From the NCBI RefSeq assembly GCF_000011805.1, contig NC_006841.2: a DNA stretch of 32,000 nt. The stretch is one strand, 5' to 3'. Of this stretch, positions 18,152 through 28,782 are shown in pieces. How positions within the stretch are numbered: the stretch's first letter is position 1; each line of letters opens with the position of its first letter. Both the position numbers and the translations under genes were made by a program. The notes under the pieces were generated by a model. The model saw only the letters and a list, made by a program, of their open reading frames with translations. It was not told the origin of the DNA and did not search any database. The stretch comes from Aliivibrio fischeri ES114. Lineage in GTDB: Bacteria; Pseudomonadota; Gammaproteobacteria; Enterobacterales; Vibrionaceae.

Positions 18152-19447
18152 CTAAACCAATTCAGACTGAACTTGAGTAACTCGAACTTTATTCGCTTTA
18201 TTATTATCAATAGATAATACTTCAAAACTCCAGTCTTGATACTCTAAGGTATCTCCAACAGCAGGTACATTGCTTGTTAGCCACATAAACATTCCTGTCA
18301 GTGTTTGGTAATCCCCTTCTTTCTCTTCAGGTAAGGTCGCCAGATTTAAAGTATCTTTTAGCACTGTTGTCGGAATAGAACCGTCTAAAACCCATTCCGT
18401 TTCTGATACTTGATCAGCCCATGCATCATTTGGGTTTTCAGATTTAAACTCACCCGCTAACGCTTCTAGCAAATTCTTTTGCGTTACAATACCTTGAGCA
18501 TCACCATACTCATCTACCACTAAAGCAATCTCTTCACCCGTCGTTTTTAGCAACTCCAACAATTCACTGCCGTATTTTGTTTCTAAAATCGTTAAACAAG
18601 GTAATAAATTACGCATTAACCATTTGGTTCGATGTTCTTGATGCGCTGCTTTTAGTAAAAATCGTGATGTTGTAAATCCAAGAACATTATCCATTCCACC
18701 ACGTGTTACAGGGTAAATAGAATATTCTGAGCGCAATAATTTTGGTAAGTTCTCATCCCACGATTGCTCGGTGTCGAAATAAACCAATTCATTTCGTGGG
18801 ATCATGAGTGATGCAACTCGTCTATCATCTAATTGCAAGATATTGCGCACCATACTATGCTCATGCTTTTCAATAACACCTTGCTCAGAGCCTTCTGAAA
18901 GCAAAGCGTGAATATCATCTTCAGTAATCGATGCTTCATCGCTGTTTGAGCGACCTAATAAACGTAAAATCGCATCTGTTGAGATCGATAGTAAGAATAC
19001 AAATGGTCGAGAAACAGAAGCTAACATGCTGATCAATGGCGCTATAAGCGTTGCAATACGTTCTGCGTGAAATTGTGCTATACGTTTTGGAACAAGCTCA
19101 CCAACAACAATTGAGACATAGGTGATGATCACAACAGTCGACATAGTCGAAACGGTAGACGCTAATCCTGCTGGTACACCGAATGAAATAAGGAAATTTG
19201 AGATCGGGCCTGAAAATGCCGCCTCACCTAAGATACCATTTAAGATACCAATACCGGTAATACCTATCTGTACGGTAGATAAGAACTGAGTAGGCTCTTC
19301 GCCTAATTTAATCGCTTTAGCAGCTGACTTACTGCCTTCTGCTGCTAATTTCTGTAATCGACTCTTTTTTGCGGTCATGAGAGCAATCTCAGACATAGCA
19401 AACACACCATTAATCACAATTAGAAAAAGTAATATGGCAATATCCAA
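18152..19447 (-). CDS. CNNM/DUF21-CBS-CorC_HlyC family transporter (hemolysin-C / CorC-like)
   Basis: N-terminus LDIAILLFLIVINGVFAMSEIAL (DUF21), a CBS-pair region, and a C-terminal CorC_HlyC-like domain (WVLDGSIPTTVLKD...FEVLSIDNNKANKVRV). There is no ATG. TTG 19447 has GAGG 6 nt upstream; TTG 19480 (the ORF-track start) is the alternative. Confidence 0.85.
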   Translation of the reverse strand: MDIAILLFLIVINGVFAMSEIALMTAKKSRLQKLAAEGSKSAAKAIKLGEEPTQFLSTVQIGITGIGILNGILGEAAFSGPISNFLISFGVPAGLASTVSTMSTVVIITYVSIVVGELVPKRIAQFHAERIATLIAPLISMLASVSRPFVFLLSISTDAILRLLGRSNSDEASITEDDIHALLSEGSEQGVIEKHEHSMVRNILQLDDRRVASLMIPRNELVYFDTEQSWDENLPKLLRSEYSIYPVTRGGMDNVLGFTTSRFLLKAAHQEHRTKWLMRNLLPCLTILETKYGSELLELLKTTGEEIALVVDEYGDAQGIVTQKNLLEALAGEFKSENPNDAWADQVSETEWVLDGSIPTTVLKDTLNLATLPEEKEGDYQTLTGMFMWLTSNVPAVGDTLEYQDWSFEVLSIDNNKANKVRVTQVQSELV

Positions 19448-19524
19448 TGTAAACCTCGAATTATTAAGTAATAAAAACAACGTACATACGTTATTATTTT
19501 CCTACTCTTATATGCCTGATTTAC

Positions 19525-19554
19525 AATAAGGTCAATAACTATATTGACCTTATT
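19525..19554 (-). terminator. Hairpin downstream of the acetyltransferase gene (candidate terminator)
   Basis: AATAAGGTCAATA (19525-19537) pairs with TATTGACCTTATT (19542-19554): a 13-bp perfect stem with a 4-nt loop. The U-tract on the - strand is weak. Confidence 0.45.
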
Positions 19555-19638
19555 TTAAGCACTTGTTAATGAATAAACATATAGTTACATTTCGTTATAC
19601 TTATCCATCTTAAACACCTAATTTTTAACTAACTCTTT

Positions 19639-20190
19639 TTATTTTTGATCAAGTCGTTTAATTAACTTGGCAGGCGTTCCACCGTACAAACAATCAGATG
19701 GCACATCATGGTTCACCACTGAATTTGCTGCAATAACAGAACGAGCCCCAATAGTAACGCCTTGATTAATCACTACACTACCACCAACCCACACATCATC
19801 TTCAATGACAATCGGTTTACAATAGGTTTCCCAACAACGACGGCTTTTATAATCTAAAGAATGTGAAGCCGTATAAAATTGAGCATTAGGACCAATTAAT
19901 ACATTATTACCAATCGTAATTTCTGCACCATCGAGCATGGTTACGTTCATATTAATAAACGTTTCGTTTCCTATTGAAATTGTCTTTCCAAATTCACAAA
20001 AGAACGGGGCTTGAATAAAACTCTGACCAAAGGCATTAAAGACATTTGGTAAAATAGATAACTTTTCTTTCGTTTCTGTACTTTGATTAAATTGTTGAAG
20101 GTACTTTTGTGTTTGGTTACGAATAGCGTCTATTTCAGGATCACCACCATCAAATACCAAACCACTTTTCATTTTTTCAAATTCGGTCAT
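19639..20190 (-). CDS. maa: Maltose/galactoside O-acetyltransferase (hexapeptide-repeat, Maa/LacA family)
   Basis: N-terminal Mac-type region EKMKSGLVFDGGDPEIDAIRNQTQKYLQQFN. Left-handed beta-helix hexapeptide repeats (IGNNVLIGPNAQF, VWVGGSVVINQGVTIGARSVIAANSVV). 183 aa, similar to E. coli Maa as recalled. Confidence 0.8.
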   Translation of the reverse strand: MTEFEKMKSGLVFDGGDPEIDAIRNQTQKYLQQFNQSTETKEKLSILPNVFNAFGQSFIQAPFFCEFGKTISIGNETFINMNVTMLDGAEITIGNNVLIGPNAQFYTASHSLDYKSRRCWETYCKPIVIEDDVWVGGSVVINQGVTIGARSVIAANSVVNHDVPSDCLYGGTPAKLIKRLDQK

Positions 20191-20210
20191 GCTAACTCCC
20201 TAAAAAGCAA

Positions 20211-20243
20211 AAATCGAATAGACCGTTAAAGTCTATTCGATTT
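20211..20243 (-). terminator. Intrinsic terminator of the MATE gene
   Basis: AAATCGAATAGAC (20211-20223) pairs with GTCTATTCGATTT (20231-20243). On the - strand the stem is followed by TTGCTTTTTA. Confidence 0.7.
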
Positions 20244-20297
20244 CTATAAAATAAAAAGAGTAAATATTGGAATAAAAAATTTCCTATTTTAAATACT

Positions 20298-21668
20298 CTA
20301 ATGACTCATGACCGATGTAGAAGTCAATGGTAATGGCTTGATAATCTTCTGGGTTTTCAAATGATTCCATACCATTGGTGCAATACAGATAATCAATGCA
20401 ATGTTTGATACTGGCATCGCTAACCAAACCCCATCAATTCCAAACCATTTAGGTAAGATAAGCAAAAATGGCAATTGAATAACGATATTACTAATTGATA
20501 TCACCATGGCTTTTTTGCCTTCATTTACGGACAAAAAGTAGATAGTAATCAATACAATCATGCCATCCAAGAACATCGCAAATAAGTGATAACGAATACC
20601 AACAATCGTTTCAGCAATCAGAGCTTTATCACCATTAGTAAACAAAGCCGTCGTTAGCTCTGGTGAAATATTTAAAATAGTCACCCAACCAATGCCAGTA
20701 ATGATTACCCACTTCAATGCAATCTTGAAGATTTGATAAACTTTTTTATTTTCTCTCGCACCAAAATAATAACTTATTGGTGGCTGTGCACCCTCAGCAA
20801 TACCTTGCGCAAGAAGGTAATAAAGCATAAATAAGTAACCAACAATGGCATAAGCCCCCACAGTCGTTGCTGAGCCGTAATACATCATTAACGCATTATG
20901 CATAGCAACAACAAAGCTGCCATACAAGTACATAACTAATGCCGACGCACCTAAAGAGAGAGATTGCTTTGCCTTATTCCAAGAAAATAGCACTTCTTGT
21001 AATGTGATCTGAATACTTGAACGCTGAGTAAAGAAATAACCAATACCCAAAACGGTCACACAAGCTTGAGCCATTAACGTTGCTAATGCCGCTCCAGAAA
21101 GCCCTAACCCCATCACACCAATAAATACGTAATCTAAAACAATATTAATTAATGCTCCAATAACGAGTAGAAATGTCGCAACATTTGGTGACTCATCATT
21201 ACGCACAAGCATAGGTAGAGCCGTTGCACATGCAGTAAAAAAACCACCAAACATAAGTACATTGATGTAATCCATTGCATAAGCAAAGTTTTGACCTTCC
21301 GCACCTTGTGCGAGCAATATGTCTTTTGCGAGTAACACAATACAGGAGATCGCAATGATGCTTAAAATCGCAAGTAACCAAAAACCTGTCGTTAACGCCA
21401 CTTTTGTTTTTTCTAATTTATTTTCGCCACGGTAAATAGACATAACACTGCCTGTTCCCATGCCAACCATGACACCAATAGCACCTAATATACAAATCGC
21501 AGGCCAAGCCATATTAATCCCAGCAAGACCTTCAAAACCAATGTAGTGACCAACAAAGATCCCATCAATAATTTGATACAGTCCACTCACCACCATTGCA
21601 GCAATAGAAGGAATAGCATAACGCCAAAAAGTACGTGTGATGGATGAATCTGCATGAAATGTTGTCAT
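20298..21668 (-). CDS. MATE-family multidrug/toxin efflux transporter
   Basis: Has 12 hydrophobic helices and the typical N-terminus TRTFWRYAIPSIAAMVVSGLYQIIDGIFVGHYIG. ATG 21668 has GAGG 6 nt upstream. The ORF-track start at 21740 adds 24 non-conserved-looking residues. Confidence 0.9.
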   Translation of the reverse strand: MTTFHADSSITRTFWRYAIPSIAAMVVSGLYQIIDGIFVGHYIGFEGLAGINMAWPAICILGAIGVMVGMGTGSVMSIYRGENKLEKTKVALTTGFWLLAILSIIAISCIVLLAKDILLAQGAEGQNFAYAMDYINVLMFGGFFTACATALPMLVRNDESPNVATFLLVIGALINIVLDYVFIGVMGLGLSGAALATLMAQACVTVLGIGYFFTQRSSIQITLQEVLFSWNKAKQSLSLGASALVMYLYGSFVVAMHNALMMYYGSATTVGAYAIVGYLFMLYYLLAQGIAEGAQPPISYYFGARENKKVYQIFKIALKWVIITGIGWVTILNISPELTTALFTNGDKALIAETIVGIRYHLFAMFLDGMIVLITIYFLSVNEGKKAMVISISNIVIQLPFLLILPKWFGIDGVWLAMPVSNIALIICIAPMVWNHLKTQKIIKPLPLTSTSVMSH

Positions 21669-21872
21669 TTTAACCTCGGTAACAACAAAGAATGGCGTGA
21701 TTCTATGATACAATTTAAGATTGAAAAAGTTAGTATCCATCTCTTTATCGGATGGATGAGTATAAATTATAGACTATTCTTATTTTCCTCTTATTGACAC
21801 ATAAAAACTGTGTTATAAGCTTATGAAATAGATAAAAATATTTCTGTAAATACAGACACAAAGGGTAAATTT

Positions 21873-22316
21873 ATGATTTCTAAATGGGCAAAAAGATTCT
21901 TCCAAATGGCAGAATTAGTCGGTTCTTGGAGTAAAGACCCGTCGACTCAAGTTGGTGCAGTAATCACCAAGCATAACCGTATTGTTTCTGTTGGATTTAA
22001 TGGCTACCCACATGGTGTATCAGACAGTGCAGATACAGATGAACGTGAAATTAAATATTTAAAAACACTTCATGCTGAAGAAAATGCCATTTTATTTGCC
22101 AAGCGTGATTTAGAAGGTTGCGATATTTGGGTTACTCACTTCCCTTGTCCAAACTGCGCAGCAAAAATCATCCAAACAGGAATATCAAAAGTATATTGCC
22201 CTGAACAAACTGAAGACTTCTTATCTCGTTGGGGTGAAAAAATTCAAGTTAGCCAAGATATGTTCTCTCAGGCGGGAGTTGAAGTCACTTGGTTACCTTT
22301 AGACACGTTAAAATAA
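21873..22316 (+). CDS. dCMP deaminase (ComEB-type cytidine/deoxycytidylate deaminase)
   Basis: Zinc-binding motifs HAEENA and PCPNCA at canonical spacing. 147 aa. Confidence 0.85.
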   Translation: MISKWAKRFFQMAELVGSWSKDPSTQVGAVITKHNRIVSVGFNGYPHGVSDSADTDEREIKYLKTLHAEENAILFAKRDLEGCDIWVTHFPCPNCAAKIIQTGISKVYCPEQTEDFLSRWGEKIQVSQDMFSQAGVEVTWLPLDTLK

Positions 22317-22317
22317 T

Positions 22318-22347
22318 AAAAAGCCGGATTAATAATCCGGCTTTTTT
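22318..22347. terminator. Bidirectional intrinsic terminator ending the lux operon and the dCMP deaminase gene
   Basis: AAAAAGCCGGATT-AAT-AATCCGGCTTTTTT. GC-rich 9-bp core with an A-run and T-run on either side. It lies between stops at 22316 (+) and 22357 (-). Confidence 0.85.
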
Positions 22348-22356
22348 ATATTCTCT

Positions 22357-23067
22357 TTATATGTATGCAAAAGCATCGGCAAACATCTGTTCTGACTTCG
22401 CTTTTTTCTCTTCAATTAATTTTTCTTTTGCAGTTTTAGCCATCATGAAAGGCCCACAAACATAAATATCAAAATGGGTGAGTTCAGTAAAATCTTCCAT
22501 AACAGCATCAAGAACAGTGCCTTTTTTCCCTATCCATTCTTCATTTTTATCTTCAATAACAGGAATATAATGAAAGTTTTTATTATTTAATGATAAATTT
22601 AGTAACTCTTCATCTTCATACAAAAAGGAACTGTCTTTTACTCCCCAGTAAAGATATATATCCTGAGTGAACCCTTTACTTAAGCAATTTTTTAAAATAC
22701 TACTTATGTAAGATAATCCTGTTCCTTCAGCAATCAATAGCAACGTTTTTTCGCTTTCTTCACGCCACCAAGCATCCCCATATGGTACATCTATCTTTAT
22801 TACAGATTCTTCAACTAAAGCGTTAAGAAAATACTCAATAGCATCTAATGATTTCTCTCTATCAGAGCCACCTACATGTAACTCAATCTCATCTTTTTTT
22901 GTTGGGCAACTCGCAATTGAGAATGGTCGTTTTTCATTATCAAAATCAACAACGACATATTGTCCAGCTTTAAAATCAATCGGATTATTTGGTGTAATAA
23001 ACACTTTGTATATATTGTTTCTGATTGATGCTAATATCACTTTCTTAACTTTCCCATCAATACTCAT
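22357..23067 (-). CDS. luxG: LuxG, NAD(P)H-flavin reductase (Fre-like)
   Basis: Last gene of the lux operon. Ferredoxin-reductase-type motifs RPFSIAS (flavin binding) and LLIAEGTGLS (NAD(P)H binding). 236 aa. Confidence 0.95.
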   Translation of the reverse strand: MSIDGKVKKVILASIRNNIYKVFITPNNPIDFKAGQYVVVDFDNEKRPFSIASCPTKKDEIELHVGGSDREKSLDAIEYFLNALVEESVIKIDVPYGDAWWREESEKTLLLIAEGTGLSYISSILKNCLSKGFTQDIYLYWGVKDSSFLYEDEELLNLSLNNKNFHYIPVIEDKNEEWIGKKGTVLDAVMEDFTELTHFDIYVCGPFMMAKTAKEKLIEEKKAKSEQMFADAFAYI

Positions 23068-23076
23068 AAATCTCCC

Positions 23077-24207
23077 CTAAATAGTACTTTGAATAAAACT
23101 TGCCATAGAAAGAGCACATCCCTTTTGCGCACGTGTATTTAAACGTCGAACAATTTCAACTGTTACCCCAGGGTAAGGATCTGGTTCTCTTATTTCTCTA
23201 ACAATACCGATATCATCAGTAACAATAAAAGCAGGGTAAGCAGTCGATGAGGCGTCCATATAACTTAACAACCCGAGCTCACCGTCGGCTACGGGTTTCA
23301 AGGTTTCAGGATCAAGAGCCCGAGCATACACCCACGGTGGAACATGTTTTCTTTGAAATTCATCCTCAAAAAAACAAGTATTAAGTTCTACCTGATTAAA
23401 TGTATCTCTAATCTGATTAACATTATCTAATTGGAAAGTATCCATAATTAACTGATTAAAGTCTTGACGATTCAAAGAGCTGTTCTCATTAGACTTCCAC
23501 CCTCCACCAGTAATAACATGTAATCTATTTTCTCCTTTAAATTCAATATTGTTTTCTTTCATATATTGGCATAAGAGACTGACAAAAAATGGAGGACCAA
23601 TTAAGCAAATATCTTTATTACTATTATTAATCCTATATAAATGGTTTACTGTTTCTTCGAAATCAATCTTATCGTTGTTAACGGTAAATACTGTAGGATA
23701 AAGTAGCTCAACTAAACTCATTACATATTTAAACCACACATTACTTGCGCTAAATCGATCAGGACCTAGATTCACTAACTCCATCTGATGTTCAAACCAA
23801 TTTCCGACATACTTCATTCCAAAATTAACCGAACCAAGCAACCGCTCAATGCTAAGACGATCACGAGCAATACAACTTTTAATCCCCTGCGTTCCACTAC
23901 TTGTATGCCAATTCTCAATATCCCCCATACTTACAGTATGAAACTTCATATGTTTGAATATTGATGTTGGAAAAACTGGTATTTCATCAATTGAATGCAA
24001 ATTCTCGTTTATATGCTGACTTATACAATAATTCCGATACTTTTCATTCCTGTTGTAATGAAAATGAAAAGCCTCTCTAACCAGCTTATCTTGTATTTCT
24101 TTTTGCTCTTCAAGTGACCACTCTTGTGGAGCACTCATAAATATAAGATCATCTATTTCAGAACTCGCAATGATTTGATTTTTTTTATATTCAATATGAT
24201 TAGTCAT
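23077..24207 (-). CDS. luxE: LuxE, long-chain-fatty-acid--luciferin-component ligase (acyl-protein synthetase)
   Basis: [23 protein letters not shown]... closely matches V. fischeri LuxE as recalled, through to ...[19 protein letters not shown] 24207 with AGGA RBS gives 376 aa. The ORF-track start at 24240 is a GTG extension. Confidence 0.95.
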   Translation of the reverse strand: MTNHIEYKKNQIIASSEIDDLIFMSAPQEWSLEEQKEIQDKLVREAFHFHYNRNEKYRNYCISQHINENLHSIDEIPVFPTSIFKHMKFHTVSMGDIENWHTSSGTQGIKSCIARDRLSIERLLGSVNFGMKYVGNWFEHQMELVNLGPDRFSASNVWFKYVMSLVELLYPTVFTVNNDKIDFEETVNHLYRINNSNKDICLIGPPFFVSLLCQYMKENNIEFKGENRLHVITGGGWKSNENSSLNRQDFNQLIMDTFQLDNVNQIRDTFNQVELNTCFFEDEFQRKHVPPWVYARALDPETLKPVADGELGLLSYMDASSTAYPAFIVTDDIGIVREIREPDPYPGVTVEIVRRLNTRAQKGCALSMASFIQSTI

Positions 24208-24285
24208 ATCTATCCTAATAATAGCTAACGTCAACAACACTCGATAAATAATGGCAATTTAACCTAAAATATTATCCTCAATCTA

Positions 24286-25266
24286 TTAAGGCAGATTCTT
24301 TTCGATTTTCTGATTCAACATATCAATAATATCTTTTACATCATTAATATCATTCATTGACTCAAAGGATAATAAAATATTTTTAGCCCCTGTTTTTTCC
24401 ACTGCTAATTTTGTCGATTCATAATAGTCATTATGAGTACCAACAGCATTCTCTTCAATAATACAGTTAATTTTTTCATCCCTACTAATATGAGGGTAGG
24501 TTTCAGTAATATAGCCTTTTAAATACTCTCTCACTTCTTCTTGAGCCGTATTTTTATCAGTATTTAAGTTCACAATCACCGTTAATTGATGATCAACGTC
24601 TGAAATATCTACGCCATATTGTTGAGCTGTTTTATTATAAAGTACTGCGTAACGTTCTTTAACTTCTAGGTTATCATCCCACTTAAAAATTAGAGATAAT
24701 GCCTTTTTCGCAGCCCATTTAACCACTTCTTTTGATGTAGCTAATACATATTGCTTAGGGCCATTTTCACTATAACAATGTGGATGAACTGAAATTTTGG
24801 GAAAATTATAAAAATCATTCTGTGGATGACAATATCCTGTAGTTAATGCTTCATTAATAACGTCATAACATGCTTCAAATTGTTGCTGACGAGATGGAAT
24901 ATGACGCTTAAAAAATTCCATTTCAAAATCATTTTCACAATCACTAAAACCAAGAACAAAACGCCCTTCAGACATTTGATCCAACACGCCAACCTCTTCC
25001 GCAACTCGTACCGGGTGATGAGTTGTTATTACTTGATTTAATGAGCCAATACGTAATCGGTTCGTTAAACCAAGTAAAAAGCCTGCAGCAGTGATAGGAG
25101 CCCCAACAATACCATTTCGAGAAAAGTGGTGTTCACATACAAAAGCAGAATCAAAATGATAATCATCAGAATCAATTAAAGTGACAGTATCAACCATACA
25201 ATTTAACGTTTCCTCCGATGTTATCCCATTCTTCTGAAAGTTGAGAAAAAATAATCCAAAATTCAT
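24286..25266 (-). CDS. luxB: LuxB, luciferase beta subunit
   Basis: [21 protein letters not shown]... through ...[15 protein letters not shown] matches V. fischeri LuxB as recalled. 326 aa, immediately after luxA. Confidence 0.97.
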   Translation of the reverse strand: MNFGLFFLNFQKNGITSEETLNCMVDTVTLIDSDDYHFDSAFVCEHHFSRNGIVGAPITAAGFLLGLTNRLRIGSLNQVITTHHPVRVAEEVGVLDQMSEGRFVLGFSDCENDFEMEFFKRHIPSRQQQFEACYDVINEALTTGYCHPQNDFYNFPKISVHPHCYSENGPKQYVLATSKEVVKWAAKKALSLIFKWDDNLEVKERYAVLYNKTAQQYGVDISDVDHQLTVIVNLNTDKNTAQEEVREYLKGYITETYPHISRDEKINCIIEENAVGTHNDYYESTKLAVEKTGAKNILLSFESMNDINDVKDIIDMLNQKIEKNLP

Positions 25267-25276
25267 AATATATTCC

Positions 25277-26344
25277 TTATTTTTGAGGTTCTTTTAAGAA
25301 AGGGGCAACCTTGGTCATGAAGAGTTCCATCGAAGCAATAATTTCTTCTTCAGTGCCATTAGCCTCAAAACCACAGGTGACGTTAGTAATACCAGTCGCA
25401 TCAATATCACGCTGAATAATCTCAAGGCACTCTGCAGGAGTTCCAACAGGATTAAGTCCATGACTATAATCAACACGTCGATTCGTATCAGTATGACCTT
25501 GTAATACAAAATCTCTCCACTGGCCTTTGTGATAATCGTAACCTCGAGTTTGATCACTATCATTAAAAATGTTGGTTGCATTTACATAAGAATCGTAAAA
25601 ACTGATCAAGAACTTCCGACATACCTCACGAGCTCTATCCCCATCTTCGTGAACGGAACAAATATAGGTTAAACAATGATCAATCTTACTTATGTCGTGG
25701 CCATGTTCTGTCGCTATTTCATTATATAGCTCCATTTGTGTTTTTTTCTCATTTGTTCCTATAATCCAACTAAGTACCATTGGCATCCCTTGCCTTGCTA
25801 GCCACTCAGTAGTACTAGCTGACTCCGCTGTCATACAAGTCCTAATTTCTTTAGAGTACTTTGTTGGATAAACATTAACGTCTGGAAAATCAATATGTTT
25901 ACTATTACTATGGATCGCTCCTTCATCAAAGCTCTTCATTATCATCTGATGAAAATCTTGTGTTATTTCACGAGATTCTTCCATATTGACCCCAAAGACC
26001 CGAAAATCCTTGTGATATAGGCCTCTAACAACACCAAAATTAAATCGACCTTTAGAAAGTTGATCTAACAGCAATACATCCTCTGCTTGCCGTACGGGGT
26101 GAGCAGTAGGTACAACGACCCCCATAGTTCCTACTTTCAATGTTTTTGTTCTTCCTAATAAATTAGCAGCGGAAACAAACAAGCTCCCAGTTAAACCGAA
26201 TTCAGTAAAATGATGTTCTAACGTCCAATATGTATCAAAACCAAGCTCTTCAGAAACGCTCCCTAGTCTCACAAAACGATCCATTATCTGCTTATGAGTT
26301 TCGCCTGGTGGCTGATACGAAAAATAAATGTTACCAAACTTCAT
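25277..26344 (-). CDS. luxA: LuxA, luciferase alpha subunit
   Basis: [28 protein letters not shown]... is the canonical bacterial luciferase alpha N-terminus. 355 aa, in luxD-luxA-luxB order. Confidence 0.97.
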   Translation of the reverse strand: MKFGNIYFSYQPPGETHKQIMDRFVRLGSVSEELGFDTYWTLEHHFTEFGLTGSLFVSAANLLGRTKTLKVGTMGVVVPTAHPVRQAEDVLLLDQLSKGRFNFGVVRGLYHKDFRVFGVNMEESREITQDFHQMIMKSFDEGAIHSNSKHIDFPDVNVYPTKYSKEIRTCMTAESASTTEWLARQGMPMVLSWIIGTNEKKTQMELYNEIATEHGHDISKIDHCLTYICSVHEDGDRAREVCRKFLISFYDSYVNATNIFNDSDQTRGYDYHKGQWRDFVLQGHTDTNRRVDYSHGLNPVGTPAECLEIIQRDIDATGITNVTCGFEANGTEEEIIASMELFMTKVAPFLKEPQK

Positions 26345-26366
26345 TATCTCTATTCCTTCTTAATAA

Positions 26367-27290
26367 TTAGGCTAATTCCAATAGCTCATTCTCTATTTTA
26401 TTTCTTAATCTTCGCTCTTTAACTGTTGTACTTGTCAAGTCTTCAAACCCTGGTTCAACTATTTCAATATCTAAATCTAATGAACCTTTATCTAAAGCCA
26501 CTGCAGCTCTGGTAACTGACTCATAAAAATTCCTCAAAACCACAAGATTCTCACCGAGATCGTGAGAACTTCCAATTAGTGAATAGAGCTTACATTGAGT
26601 GGTATCAATATTATCAATCATCTTTTCCACGTCACTTTGGTTAACCCAACTATCACCATTCGCCGTAAATGCAATAAATGGAATATTTAGTCCTTGCACT
26701 GCCTTAAATGTCGAGCCTAACGTGTCCCATTCATTTTTAAGACAGTCAGTCACAAAAACCTTAGAGCCTAAATTATGACCTTCAAAATCAAGATCATCTG
26801 GCAATTCGTCAATAGGTAATCGTAAATAGTCATACTTTAAAGCCTTCTCTAAAGTATCCTGTAAATTTACAACACCGACCGCAGTAATAAGGAACGATGC
26901 ATCAATATCGTTTATTACCTCATAAGCAATTCGAGCTGATAGACTTGCCGCAATAATACCTAGGTTTTGAATCCCTTTAGCTCTTAACCAACCAACGACA
27001 ATAAGTAAACTATGTTTACCTATTGACATCGAAAATTCATCTATTTGGCCACTACTTAAACCAACATGGTGTAAGGAATCATAGCGGATAACACGGAAAC
27101 CATTGCTAGACAAATACTCAGCAAGACCAGCAAAGTGATCCATCCTCCGAGCAAAACCTGCAGCAATAACAATGGTACTATTTTTTTTATGAGTATCACT
27201 CTTAGGAGGAGTCTCCCAAACCCGGATGGACTGACCATTTTCAAGCTCAATAATATGATCAATCGTGAAAAAGCTACTTTCATCTTTCAT
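26367..27290 (-). CDS. luxD: LuxD, myristoyl-ACP thioesterase / acyltransferase
   Basis: MKDESSFFTIDHIIELENGQSIRVWETPPK... with active-site region GIIAASLSARIAYEV and C-terminus ERRLRNKIENELLELA, matching V. fischeri LuxD as recalled. Confidence 0.97.
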   Translation of the reverse strand: MKDESSFFTIDHIIELENGQSIRVWETPPKSDTHKKNSTIVIAAGFARRMDHFAGLAEYLSSNGFRVIRYDSLHHVGLSSGQIDEFSMSIGKHSLLIVVGWLRAKGIQNLGIIAASLSARIAYEVINDIDASFLITAVGVVNLQDTLEKALKYDYLRLPIDELPDDLDFEGHNLGSKVFVTDCLKNEWDTLGSTFKAVQGLNIPFIAFTANGDSWVNQSDVEKMIDNIDTTQCKLYSLIGSSHDLGENLVVLRNFYESVTRAAVALDKGSLDLDIEIVEPGFEDLTSTTVKERRLRNKIENELLELA

Positions 27291-27305
27291 ATAATTTCCT
27301 TTTAA

Positions 27306-28745
27306 CTATGGGACAAAAACCAAAAATTTGTCTTCTTCTAAGTAACGCGTTTGTTCAATTTCAACCGCAACATCCTTGGTTGTATAATGAAATGGTCTTT
27401 CATGGGAGGTAAACCTAACTAAATACTGGAGAGGAGATAATGAATCATGTGCTCCTCCAACTCTGAAAATATTATTCATTCCTGATTCAACGATTCTCTC
27501 AGCACCACTCATCGCTAATTTGTCTCTATATTTCAGTGAAGCCTCCCAAGGGTAAATAGAGACGGTTTGTGTACTATTTTTATTTACAAAAGGAAGCACC
27601 TCATTAATATCAGAGACTTGATGTATATACACGCTTCGAGATAATGGCTGATTTCCAGAGCTATTTGTAGGAGATATAATCATTAACCAAGCTTGGTTAT
27701 CCCCCTTTTTTACGTCATATCCAGCAAATATTCCCTCTCTTTCGGTAAGAGAAAACGCCGCTTTTTCATCAAAATTTTTTAAACCTTTTGGTAAAATCTT
27801 TGCGTATCGATCTAGCTGTTTTTCAAGTTCACTTAAAAATAAAGGCAAATGTTCTCCGATATAATAAACGTCTTGAGTTGAGAAGCAGGCTTGCTGATCA
27901 TAGAAACAGATATCATGGGCAACCCCCATTGCAGCTTCCTCCATGTCTTCAGGCTCCTCAATAATGCTTAAACTTTTCTTTGGTCCAAATTTAAGAACAT
28001 CGGCATGCGGTGGTGAGTGTTTTGCCGCCCATTTAATCGCCTCTTCTCCTCCCCAAGCAATAACAATGTCTGCATGATTCATAATTCTTTGAGGTAGAGT
28101 CATATCTTCATTATGCGGCCAATACATAACAGACATTGATTTAGTTATTGGATGCTCTGCATTAACATCAATAAAACTCGAAGCCAAAGCCGTTGCAGTA
28201 AACGGATCTGAAGAAGAGGTTTTAATTATGCATTCATTTTTTGTCAAAATAGCACGCAAAATAGATGTCACCCCTGATAGTGGAACATTACCAGCCAACA
28301 AGTGAATAGAAACACCTTTTGCTTGTGCTTTAACATAGCAATCACCACGCGGAAGCCATTCATCCAACACGTGTATAGATCCCAAATCGTAATTAACAAT
28401 GTCATACAAAGCACTTTTAGAACACAATAACATAGCTATCCAATTGGCTTCTAATCTAGCCATTTCATCAGAATATCCAAGATATTTTTTTAACTCACGA
28501 ATATAAGTTCGTCTTCGATTATATTCTTCATTTTTCCATCGTTGACCTACGGTATATAGGAAATTTACAATCTGATTTAAGTTAAGATCAACTTTTTCTT
28601 TAGAATTTAATGATCTTAAAACTGAATCTTCAGTAAGAAGAGATAATTTAATTTTATTACCACTATCTAAATTTATTTCTTTACAAGCGTTATTATCAAA
28701 ATCTTGAACTACGCCTTTAATTATCATCGGAATACATTTAATCAT
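27306..28745 (-). CDS. luxC: LuxC, fatty acyl-CoA (acyl-protein) reductase
   Basis: [18 protein letters not shown]... [32 protein letters not shown] matches V. fischeri LuxC as recalled. 479 aa. Confidence 0.97.
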   Translation of the reverse strand: MIKCIPMIIKGVVQDFDNNACKEINLDSGNKIKLSLLTEDSVLRSLNSKEKVDLNLNQIVNFLYTVGQRWKNEEYNRRRTYIRELKKYLGYSDEMARLEANWIAMLLCSKSALYDIVNYDLGSIHVLDEWLPRGDCYVKAQAKGVSIHLLAGNVPLSGVTSILRAILTKNECIIKTSSSDPFTATALASSFIDVNAEHPITKSMSVMYWPHNEDMTLPQRIMNHADIVIAWGGEEAIKWAAKHSPPHADVLKFGPKKSLSIIEEPEDMEEAAMGVAHDICFYDQQACFSTQDVYYIGEHLPLFLSELEKQLDRYAKILPKGLKNFDEKAAFSLTEREGIFAGYDVKKGDNQAWLMIISPTNSSGNQPLSRSVYIHQVSDINEVLPFVNKNSTQTVSIYPWEASLKYRDKLAMSGAERIVESGMNNIFRVGGAHDSLSPLQYLVRFTSHERPFHYTTKDVAVEIEQTRYLEEDKFLVFVP

Positions 28746-28782
28746 TATTTCCCCTACTAACTATATGTATTATGTTCGAGTA

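Noticed and set aside
21149-21381. Two overlapping same-strand alternate-frame ORFs (68 and 60 aa) inside the MATE gene.
   Set aside because: Cys/His-rich nonsense-like translations in off-frames of a clear 12-TM transporter gene.
24208-24240. GTG-initiated 11-residue extension of luxE. The same kind of extension occurs for the MATE gene (21669-21740), ABC ATPase (16450-16512), beta-barrel protein (12640-12675), VWA/TPR gene (4989-5048) and anSME (158-199).
   Set aside because: The downstream ATG codons have better Shine-Dalgarno spacing and match the conserved protein N-termini. The upstream starts fall in terminator stems or overlap the preceding gene extensively.
24208-24285. Possible internal promoter (TTGACG ...) in the 78-nt luxB-luxE spacer.
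   Set aside because: No acceptable -10 at 16-18 nt spacing, and any transcript would have virtually no leader before the luxE RBS. A spacer of this size is normal for luxB-luxE.
25315-25581. 88-aa alternate-frame, same-strand ORF inside luxA, and the similar 75-aa ORF 27056-27283 inside luxD.
   Set aside because: There is no evidence of overlapping genes in lux. The translations are hydrophobic, low-complexity, lack start context, and are explained by AT-rich codon bias.
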